Notes under the pieces: model-generated
What the model was told of the DNA's origin: nothing
Databases searched by the model: none
The model's input: the letters and a program-made list of their open reading frames with translations, nothing else
From: the human T2T-CHM13v2.0 reference genome, Homo sapiens
Strand: one strand, 5' to 3'
Length of the DNA: 64,000 nt
Assembly: GCF_009914755.1 (NCBI RefSeq)
Contig: NC_060940.1
Program-made: the position numbers and the translations under genes
Shown here: piece by piece, positions 29,590 to 40,532 of the stretch
Numbering within the stretch: position 1 is the first letter of the stretch
Layout: the number at the start of each line of letters is the position of its first letter

Positions 29590-29742
29590 TGGCTGTGTCA
29601 TCTGGTGCAGCAGTCACTGGCTACCTGTGACTAATAAATACCTGAAATATGGGTAGTGCAACTACGGAACTGAATTTTCAATGTTATTTAAATTTAGGAA
29701 GCTACATGGTGGTGAGTGGCGCCTGGGTTGGATAGTGCATCT
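29590..29742. mobile_element. MER3/MER33-like hAT-Charlie remnant
   Basis: CACTGGCTACCTGTGACTA..GAACTGAATTTT..GCTACATG..TTGGATAGTGCA pattern. Confidence 0.55.
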
Positions 29743-29766
29743 CTAAAGCAAAGATCTGGGGAGTGG

Positions 29767-30059
29767 GGCTGGACGTGGTGTCTCACACCCCTAATCCAAG
29801 CACTTTAGGAGGCCAAGGCAGGCAGATCACCTGAGCTTAGGAGCTCAAGACCAGTCTGAGCAACATGGTGTACAAAATATACAAAAGAAACTAGCCAGGC
29901 ATGGTGGCGTGTGCCTGTAGTTCCAGTACTCAGGGACTGAGATGGAAGGATGGCTTGAGCCTGAGAGGCAGAGGCTGCAGTGAGCTGAGACCATGCCACT
30001 CAGCTCAGCCCTGGTGACAGAGCAGGACCCTGTCTCAAAAACAAAACAAAACAAAAAAA
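29767..30059 (+). mobile_element. AluJ-like
   Basis: Diverged dimer with an (AAAAC)n tail. Confidence 0.88.
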
Positions 30060-31400
30060 GACTTGGAGAGTAATCCCTCTACTCCTCACTGCTGCCCTCT
30101 GGTCAATATCCCTCCCGTCAGTCAATGCTGCCAACCCTCCCATGTCTTCTCAGTAGGGCTACCTGTTCTCTTTCCTGATCCTCTGCCCTGGGTGACATGT
30201 GGGGCTACCCTAGGACCAATCACCTTCCCTTTATCACTCAGTCACCTACCTACAGAGATGCACCATAGCTGGGATCCCCATCAGGGCACCACCTCCCTAG
30301 GACAGGGGTCCAGTCTTATCCTCGCTGGCCCTCTACAGAGTGCACAGACGCCCAAATGTTTGCTGTGCCAGACAAGAGTGAAAAAAGAGCGGGACTGCTG
30401 CACGTTCAGGAAGTGGATTGAGACAGGCAGTGAGACACGAGGCTCAGCTCCACGTCTCCACGAAAGGGCCGGGCGAAGATCTCTTCCTCCCTCTCCCACC
30501 CTGGTCTTTTTCAGTCCATCACTGCCCTGCATAAACCGGGTACAAGCTCACATTTGCTATGGTAAATTAATACTGCAAGGGCTTATTTCTACCAGGAGAA
30601 TGGCTTAAAAAGAGCAGCCTTCCCTCCAGTTCCTAGAAGCGTACGGTCAAGCAGAAGGCTGGGCACTGGCGTCTAGTTTCTCTTTCCTAAACACACGTGC
30701 ACTTGAGCTATTAGGTCTGCCCCACCCCCCAAGTGAAATTTAAACTTGACCTTTTATGTGTGGTTGGGCTGAGGTTATTTTATTTTTTACAACTGATTAG
30801 AATCCAAGTCAGTGGCTCATCAGAGAAAATATTTTTTTCTTTTTTTTATGATTTTCTTATTGACGCTACACAAGTCACCTCGAGTGATAAGATCAGTACA
30901 GGTTCTGCTAAGCAGACCAGCAGCTGCGTTTGAAGCTCACGGACAGTCTAGCAAGCCACAGAAATCTTTTGCACATGCATTCCAGAAGGCTTAGGAAGCT
31001 TTCGGCTTGTTGTCTGTCTTCCCATCTCCCCTGGTGAGAGGAACCATAACTATGTCATTCTTTTTAGGATAAGAAAGAAAAACAGAAAGGAAAAAGAAAA
31101 AAAAAAAAGCCTAAAAGCTCCATCCCTTAACGGGGACGAAGGCCAGGCAACATCCAGGAAACATACTCAGTGTTCAGTCAAAGCAGAAACTGCCCGGAGG
31201 GTAAGACAAGGAGCAAACATATATTTGTTTCTGATGCCAACCACCTGAAGCATCAAATCGTCTCCACTTTTTAGATTTCACCCCGGCACATCAACATCGC
31301 TCTAAAGAGAAATTCAGCTGTCACTTGCTGATGCCTGAGTGAAAATGAGAAGTCCTTGGAATAAGCAGAGGAACGAAGTCCCAGTTTCCACTTTAAGCTC

Positions 31401-31664
31401 TTTTTTTTTCAAGAGACAAGGTCTCATTCTGTTGCCCAGGCTGGAGTGGGTCACTGCAGTCTGGGCCACCAAGGCTCAAGTGAACCACCTGCCTCAGCCT
31501 CCCAAGTAGCTGGGACTACAGGTGCACCCCACTACGTCTGGCTGATCTTAAAACAAAAATGTTTTGTCGAGATGTTGCCCAGACTGGTCTCAAACTCCCA
31601 GGTTCAAGTGATCCTTGGACTCCCACAGTGTTGGGATTACAGGCATGAGCCACCATGCCTGGCC
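31401..31664 (-). mobile_element. AluJ-like with internal deletions
   Basis: Antisense Alu blocks with a T-head. Confidence 0.85.
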
Positions 31665-31791
31665 AGCATTCTAGGCTGTTAAAATGAAATGCAAAGGACA
31701 GAAGCAGCAGAGTGCTGAAATGAGTGAGGATGACAGGCAAGTGAAAACTCCCTTCGAGAACTATGCCTCAGAGAAACAAGCCCAGGGCTTA

Positions 31792-32190
<399 letters not shown>

Positions 32191-33294
32191 AACTTGGCAG
32201 GTCCTTAGTCTTGAGCCACACTGGATACGTGGTCTTGGAGCAGGTCCCCATCTCTGGGTATGCACCTAACTCTAACACTGGAACTGACACCTTGACACGT
32301 GAGCCCACCCATCAGCACATCCTCAGGAAGGTGCATGGATTCAAAGGCACACTCTGGAATGAAAGGGAGACGAAGGGAGCTGCTAAACCTTGTGCAGGTG
32401 TCCAGGGGCTGGCTGGCTACTTGGGAAACACACAGCCACCCCGACAAGCAACCCCTTTCTTGGTGCTATGCTAAACTTCAGAGTCGAAAGGAAGGTTTGG
32501 GAGGATGTTCACAAGGCCTCAAATCTAATGTGCTGTCTACAAAGAGCAGCAGATCCGACTGTACTAGGCGAAGGAGCCCCAAGCCTTTCCTCAAAGGCTT
32601 CTGAAAAGAAGCAACCCCACAATCAGTGTCTGTTTGATGATACTAAAGAGGGCTCTGCCAAGGGAAGTATGAAAACAATCACCTTGTAAAGAGGAGTGTA
32701 TTTCACAAAAACATTTTTCTCCCTGCAGAACTCAGTCACATCTAATAACACCTACAGCCATCTTATAAATGGACCATGGGGAAAAAAAACCAGTACAGCC
32801 ACAGCTAGAACTGAAAGTTATGGCTGTTTTTATTTGCATAAGTTGGTTTCTCCTACTGAGGTCATACAACTCAAATTCCAAGTCTTTTGGACACTTCCTA
32901 TGGCCCCCACACCCACTCGAGCTTCTGGCATAAAGGATTTGTGGCTCTCACACCTTCTCAGCAGTTTTCGCGGCCCAAGGAAGGCACAGGTTTCCAGGGA
33001 CTCCCCGTGGCCGACAAGTAGTGACACTGGAAATTCAAGAGCCCTTTGTGACTGAGCTGGATAAATCCTTTGGGAGGAAGAGCTCCAGTCTAAGAAATAT
33101 GGTGTGGCCCTTCCATGTGTGTCTACAACACAGGGCTTCATTCTTCTGCTCCTTCTGAATCTGCCGCAATGCCCAGGACAGTGCATGATGCCCCAAAGAC
33201 TCACAGACACTTGGTGTGAAAGCGAAATATTTCTCTACTTCTCAATACAAGCCTTAGTTACCTGTTCTTAAGGTAATTAAAAAGCCTCACTTTA

Positions 33295-33643
<349 letters not shown>

Positions 33644-35227
33644 TCATTCCACCTCCGTTATGTTTGATTTGCTCCAAGATCTACCTCCCAAGATTCTATG
33701 ACTCCTTCTAATTCCTACTGGCTTAAAGAAAACCTTAGAGTACTCACTCCCATCTCCTGGTGTGCATGGTTCACCCTGGTGACAAATAAGACGACCAGTG
33801 CTTGTGCATCCACAATTAGCCAGTTGGTTTCAAATACCCTCAAATCATTTGGTAATAAAGGATCAACAGGCAAATATTTCAAAATGGAAAATGAGATTAA
33901 AGTACTAAGGATTAAAAACTGAATACATAGCAAGAAAAACCAATGGAATGCTTTGAAATATAACTCATCGGCAACAATTAGCACTCAAACACCACACAAA
34001 TAAACACTTGCCAACTGCTGAGGCCTGGCCCTGCAGTCATCTAAGCCATCCTGGAAAAAAAGTCCTCACTGACACTCTGTTGCCAAGAACAACCTATTCC
34101 CATGTCAATAATGGCATATTGCTTAATTCAGGCCATTGTCACTGGTCCCACGAAGTCCATTAGCAGCGTCACGGGATGGGACGCAGGCAGGATCCTGTTT
34201 GAAGCATACCGGGTGGAGGCACGAGTGGCCCAACTATCAGAAGGTTCTCATGAAACCCATCTGTAGATTGTTTTGGCAGCAGCAGCTATCCTCAAAGTGG
34301 CTGTGGTTCGTTCTACGTAAAAACTCAAAGTTTTTAGCACCCAAATCCTACACTCTTGTTCCTATTCTAGATATTGTAAGCCAATTGGTAAGACTGGGAG
34401 CCTGAACAGAGCCAAATCAGCTTCTCTAAAGCAGAGGTCATTCTTCCTGGCAACGAAGGCTCCGCTAACCAGGATCTAACTGCTATTAAAAGTTAACTTT
34501 CCTTGATGGACAATTTTTACAACTTACTCATTTTTCATCTCTCACACCCCTCACAACAGTGCCACTGGGGCAATTTAATTCCCAATTAATTTCCAACTAT
34601 TCTAATCACCAAGTACTCATCAAAAATAAGCAAAAAAAAAAAACATCTCTTTCATTGAGGTCCTCATAAATATACAGAGAACTTTGAGAAGTCTATCTGG
34701 ATGGTTCCCTAGCTCGGCACACAATCAGCCTTTAGTTATCTGAATAACGTACACTGTGGTTCCGAATTCCTATTATTAAGATGATTGTCTCTACTTAAAT
34801 CATTGAGGTAACTGTCCCTAGTCCTCTTATTGAGATGATTGCCTCAGCTACAGTTTCCTGTAAGTTTCAGTAAATATTCGATGAAACCCCAAAGTTTTAG
34901 GTGATTATAGTGATTTTTCAAATTGAAAGAAGAGACAGAGAAAGAGAGAATGGGAACATAAAACTAGAGGAAACACTCACATTTTAATCCTGGCCCCACG
35001 TAGCCAGAGTACAAGCATATCTCTTTTGAATGCATAAACTCTTCCATATGTACACACACAGTTCAAGGGATTCTTGAGAATACTTGATTGTAAGACACTC
35101 CAGTTTACACAAAAACCACTCGAGAAGACCAGAGTCAACTGAATCCACAGGACTATCTCACCCTATTCACCATTCTCCCTGGTTAAACTCCTATCATGAA
35201 AACAGACAAACACGTAGTCATCCTCAC

Positions 35228-37946
35228 CTAGAGCAGGCGTCATGGCGGCCATGGGCCCGGCGGGATCCAGCTGGAATCCGCTCATCATGAACTGGGCGTC
35301 CGAGGCAGCACTGTCCATCTTCAGGTTGGGCAGGTTCATGTTCTGGGCCAGGTAGTATTGGTAGAGCTCGGCCTCGGCGGGTGAGGGCAGGCTGCCGAGG
35401 CCCAGGTGGCGGTTGTGTTGGATCTGGGTCATGTTCTGTTGCAGTAACATCATGTTATGCATGTGCTTCTCACTGGTCATGTGAATGCGGAGGTTCCTGG
35501 CCACGTTGGTCTCATAATCACACACCTCGCACCGCCAGGTGGGTTTGGTTTTTGGTTTGGTGGGCGAGGGGGCCCCGCAGGAGCTACTGATATTGGCTGC
35601 CGCCGCCGCCGCAGCCGCCGCCGCCGCCGCCGCCCCGGCAGTGTGGCTGAAGACCTGCTCCCCCCCTCCATTCTGCAGGTTCTGCATGTTGTTGAGATGC
35701 TTGTCAGACTGCATATGAATACTGAGGTTGCCTTTGGTAGTTGTGGAGTAGTTACACACCTCGCAGCGGAAAGGCTTGTAACCACACGTGTAGCTCTCGC
35801 CTCGTGCCAGCCGGGGGTGGGGCTGCCCGCTTTTGCAGTAGACACAGGAGCCCCCCGGCTCCGGGTGCTTCTCCTTCATGTGTGCCTCCAGGGTCTGCTG
35901 GTACTTATAGTGCCAGTTGCACTTGGGGCACTTGAGTGTCTTACACGAGTTACGAGAATGCATCATGGTCATGTGGCCGCCCAGCGAGCGGGAGGAGCCC
36001 AGGACCGTGTCGCATTTGGGGCACTCCACGCCACTCCCCGAGGGGCACTCCCCAACCCCAAGCTCGCAGAGGGAGCCAGCGTGCTGGTGATGGGGAACGA
36101 AGCCCCCATCGTCACCCTCTGTGCTTTCATTTGGTTCTGGTGCTGTGGCATTGTCTTTATTGGCACTTTCGTCAGCGAAGTCCAGCCTCCTGCCGCCCTC
36201 TGCCACATTGGCCCTGACGCCCTCACTGTTAAAGCTTAAACGATTCCTCCTGTTCGCACCATCAAAGACAACAAAGGAAGAAGCAGAATTAGAACTAGTA
36301 GAAGCTGTGCCCCTCGACAGGGTCTGGAGCACGTTAGGCATTAAGGGGGAGTTAGAAATGCTTTGGTTTGAGAGAGCAAGGTCCTTTTTGCTGCTACTAC
36401 CTGCTGCGGCCCCAGGCTCCTCATGGGGCCTGTCCTCCAGTTCCTCATCCAACTCGCTTGGAAAGAGTCCTTTGCAACCCTCGTCTTCCTCCTCCTCTTC
36501 TTCCTCCTCCTCTTCTTCCTCCTCCTCCTCCGCCTCTTCCTCCTCCTCTTCCTCCTCCGCCTCCTCTTCGGCTGGCTCTACCTTCTCAGAGAAGCAATCC
36601 CCGTCGCCCACTTCCTGCTTCTCTCCTTCTGCCGCCCCAGAGTCCTTGCCCTCTGAGGATTTGGTAGGACTGGAAGCCAGAGGCCCCAGGGGGACTGAGG
36701 TAATGGGGGTCTTCAGTACCGAGCTGGTGAGCCCGCCAAGGTTCAACAGGGTGCTGGGGGTCAAGAGACCAGCCTGGGGCTGCTCGGGGCCAGCGGCGGA
36801 GCCCGCTGGGAGAGCTTCCTCCCCTTCCATTCGAATGCCACTAAATTTACCATAAAAACTGTGTCCGGGGCCTATGAGGTTAGCTGTGGAAACTAAAGGG
36901 TGTTGAAAGTTTTTGTTTTTTGGTTCCAGAAAACTTACAAGGGGTTCCTTGTCTTTGCCGATCCCTTGGATGATAGCGGAGATGTTCTTATTGCTAAGAA
37001 TTTTCCGCTCGTCTTCGCTCAGGGTCATTCGATGGTCATGCACCGCGTGGGTCACAAACGAACGGACGTACCCAAAGGAGAGTTTGCACAAGAAACACAT
37101 CAGGATGGGCTTCCTCTTGCCATAGAGCACAAAGCCATCGAATTTGGACAGGTCCACATTGTTGGGAACATCTTTGGATACGCAGGAGCTTTTGGCAGAA
37201 CCGTCGCTGTTCAGGTAATCCTTGTTGCTTTTGTGTCGCACGTCAAACACGCGGAAGCTGTGCAGGACGGGGCTGAGCCCCGCCAGGGCTGAGGTATTCG
37301 GGAAAGCCTGGTCTGGGCCCTCAAACCATTTCCCGAAGGATGAGGCTATGTGGAAAGTGTTGATGATCTGCGGGTACACGGGTGCAGCACACGAAGGGTC
37401 CCCTTGCTTGCCCCCCGCGCCAGGGAGAGAGTTCAGGAAAAGCGAGGGGAGAGGCCCACTGCCACTGCCACTCCCACAGGCGCCCCCGCCCTGGGTCAGC
37501 TGGCTCAGGCTCTCCACAATGTACGCGGAGCCGTCCGGCTGGTAGACGATCTCCCCGGCCAGGTTCTCCACGTCACTCTCCTCGTCCCCCTCCTCACCGG
37601 TGTCGCTGGCGCTCTCCTCTCTCAGGGGTGGCGGGGGGCGCGCGCTGGGGCAGTGGTGCTCCATGTAGGTCTGGAGGCTGGCAAAGGAGGCCGAACATTC
37701 GTTGCAGGTGACCTCCTTGCTGGCGGGCTCGGAGGGGGGCCCGGCCGACGCGGTGCTCTCCGCGAGGCGCTCATTGAAGGGGGCCCTCAGGCTGTCCAAG
37801 GGCCCGTGGCTCTCGCCTGTGGACTGCTCCATGCTACTGGGTTTGTCAGGGAGGTGGGTGCTGTTGAGTTCAGTCCATTGCTGGTGCTGAGGGATACCGC
37901 ACCCATTGTCCTTCCCCGAGACGACGGGCGAGTCACAGCCTTCCAT
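35228..37946 (-). CDS. ZFHX3: ZFHX3 (ATBF1) first coding exon (exon 2), residues 1-906 plus first base of codon 907
   Basis: [20 protein letters not shown]... is recognised as the ZFHX3 N-terminus. It has multiple C2H2 fingers (CFLC..H..H, CPKC x2, CEVC x2), poly-Glu and poly-Ala. Strong Kozak ACCATGG at 37946. Donor CTAG|GTGAGG at 35228/35227. CDS length 2719 nt (phase 1). Confidence 0.98.
35595..35633 (-). repeat. Coding GCN poly-Ala tract, 13 Ala (772-784)
   Basis: (GCG)6 GCT (GCG)4 GCA GCC on the - strand. Confidence 0.95.
36480..36569 (-). repeat. Coding (GAG/GAA)n poly-Glu tract, residues 460-489
   Basis: [30 protein letters not shown], seen as (tcc/ttc)n on the + strand. Confidence 0.95.
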
Positions 37947-37971
37947 GGTAAGGCCTGCGTGGAGCTTTCAT
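37933..37971 (-). promoter_or_regulatory. Out-of-frame upstream ORF overlapping the main start ([12 protein letters not shown])
   Basis: ATG 25 nt upstream of the main ATG (GCAATGA, purine at -3). It ends at a TGA whose last base is nt 14 of the CDS. Confidence 0.6.
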
Positions 37972-37995
37972 TGCACCCAGTACGGAGGCTCGGAC
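37947..37995 (-). other. ZFHX3: 5'UTR portion (49 nt) of ZFHX3 exon 2
   Basis: Acceptor cttcAG|GTCCG at 37996/37995, preceded by a long CT-rich polypyrimidine tract (37998-38057). Confidence 0.9.
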
Positions 37996-39686
37996 CTGAA
38001 GGGCAGAGGCAAGGGGGGAGGAGGGAGAGAGGGGAAAGAGAGAGAGAAAGGAAAGAGGTTAGGAGGGCCGAGGCTGAGGTCCTACCGCACGGAGCGCTCT
38101 AAGAGGCTTCTGTCCACAACACAGAGACACAGGGCGGAGGGCGGGCCTGGGGACACTGCCCCACACGGTCCAGCACACAGGGGTGGCATGGCCGGGTCAA
38201 CAGCCTGAGCGAGGGATATGGGGAAAGAAGGCCAGGAACAGCCCTCTTCGGCTTCGAATTGTCACCGCTCTGCCCCTGAAGACTAGCGGGAATTTCCATT
38301 CTTTGCCAGCATAGCTTCGACGGGCCACAGTGGAGAACGGACGCGTCATCTCTCCAGCCCTCTACGAGGTCACAGCCACAGCCCTACCACTTATGGACAG
38401 CTCACACGAAGTCAGCCCCGACTCCGCGCACTGTCTGTGGGTCAGGGGAACACAGGGGAGGGCTGAGAAGAGGGAGGTTCAATGTCCCTGGAAAAAGGAC
38501 GGTAAAGTGGGATAACGCTCATGGATTTAGAACAATTGCAGCCGTCGCTTTTACTGACCATGGTTCTAGTTTGAGAAGTTCAAAGAAGGCGGGTGAGGAC
38601 CCTGAGGTTCACAGGGCAGGTGTACAGGACTAGACACACTCCGAAAAGTCCTCTCCAGATCTGGGAGGCGTCAGTCCCATTTTACAAGCAGTAAAACAGA
38701 GGGGCTTCAATCTAAAAACTGGCTCAGTGCTAATCTGACCACCATGAAACAGAAGAAAAGATGGGTCCCCAGATTCCTGTCTCCTCCACCCATACCAGTC
38801 AAGCTCCCTGGCCTGTGACTCTAGCTGACTTCAGACTAAAACTAAGTAGGTGCAAAACGTGAGCTTGGTATTTCCAGCAGGAATGGACCAGACTCTGGAT
38901 CTGCCAACACCCCCTCCAGCAGCTTCTATTTGGCCCTGGCTGGAGGGAGTGCGTTCCCCACGTGCCTGGTGGTTTTTGCTATCAAGGATCTGAGCAGCAA
39001 GCCGAGACGGCAGCTGGGCTCGGCGAGCCCCAGCTCCACACCTGCCTCTTAGTTATTAGTCGCTACCCAACCAGCTGTCGTTCAGCCCTGGGGCTTTTCC
39101 ATTTCCGACTCCAAAGTGCCACTGAGCTGAATGTGCCCTCTGAGACCTCATGTCCCTGGGGAGGGAGGCATCGGATCACGGCCGCTCTGCTCCTGCAGTA
39201 ATATCATCGCAGGGGCGATCATTCCGTCTGGCCCTGCTCCTACAGGCAGCTCAGCACCTCGCAGAGCCCTGATCCTTTGCCCGTAGGTCCCCAGCCACCA
39301 TTCCCCTGCTGCTCCTCCTGGAGAACATGTGGCTGCTCCTCCACCCACCATCTCATTCACACTCAGCCGGTGAAGGTTTCGGCCAGGTTTGATCTCACTT
39401 CCCTCCCTGACAGCCCCTATCTTCTCAATCTTTTTTTTTTTTTCATTTCTTGATTATTGACTGCACAATGAGACAACAGCTCCCCCTCGGGAAAAACTGG
39501 GGAAGGCAGGTTTACCAGAAGTCTCAGGGAGAAATAACTTTTTGGAAGAATAAAGCTATGATGTGTCTAATACACACATGCAAACACATACCCCTATCTC
39601 TCCATTTATAACTTCAGATTTTGCAACCACAAAGTTCCATGAGCCTTAGAAAGGACATACTGACTTAAAACAGAGATGACTACAGT

Positions 39687-39725
39687 AAACCAAACCAAAC
39701 CAAACCAAACCAAACCAAACCAAAC
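39687..39725 (+). repeat. (AAACC)7 microsatellite
   Basis: Read directly. Confidence 0.95.
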
Positions 39726-40394
39726 AGCAAACGCAATGGGACTTCCTCGCAAGGCTGAGCCGGGATACAGGTGAGACTGCAGGGCGGCTCTTCTTAGGGA
39801 TGCTTCTGATTGGCTGGATGACATCTGATTGATAGCTTGGGCCAAAAAGGTTGGCAGGCCTGAAGGGGCGGGAGGGTTAACAGCCCGATTGTAAAATCAA
39901 TGTCATAAATGCTTGGTAAGTTACAGGAACATGCGGGAAGGGGGGGCCACGATTGATAAAGCAGAACAGCTTTGATGCTGCACCAGGGACTTGTTTATCG
40001 ACAGCAAAGCCAATCTCCTCTCCAGCCTGGGCTGGGCCAGAGAAACCTGCAAGCGTTTACCAATTAATTGGTGGGCTTCTCTTGCTCCGTTCTCCTCTTA
40101 TTCCTCCTCCTCTTCCACAAACTATCCAGCCAAGAGGCTGGGACTTTTAAAACCTCCCTTACTTTGTTTTCTACTCCAAAGCGGAAGATGTCAGGAAAGA
40201 ATGACACTGTACCCACCTATGATGGTGGCTGGTGACCCTGTGGTGGTGACACTAGAGCCCACCCATTCACGGGGAGCAGCAGCCATGAGGACACGGGTCG
40301 GAGAGGAGGAACCCACTGCAGGACCCAAGCTACCTCCCCTGGGCCTCCTTTCCATGCGCACCAGCTGTGACAAACAGGCCCGTTTGCAGCCTTG

Positions 40395-40532
40395 CCAAAC
40401 AAGCGTGGTTTGTGGACTTGAAGCATTATCCTCTCCGGGGAGCTTAAGAGACATGCACTGTCTCCTCCTGCCCCATCAGAATCTGCATTTTCACACCATC
40501 CTCAGGGACCATGCATTAAACTTAAGACACTC
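40395..40532. mobile_element. MER5-like MITE remnant
   Basis: GGGGAGCTT..ATCAGAATCTGCATTTT..AAACTTAAGACACTCT. Confidence 0.5.

Noticed and set aside
35163-35227. C-terminal 21 aa of the 927-aa ORF
   Set aside because: Intronic read-through past a canonical donor, so it is not part of the spliced CDS. Kept only as a low-interest polyadenylation hypothesis.
35595-35640. Possible identity with the SCA4 GGC repeat
   Set aside because: That poly-Gly repeat is in the last ZFHX3 exon, outside this window. This tract is poly-Ala and not expanded.
35457-38102. Long + strand ORFs (260, 244 and 250 aa) antisense to exon 2, and 28291-29008 antisense to exon 3
   Set aside because: Shadow ORFs expected opposite GC-rich coding sequence. 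No recognisable domain.
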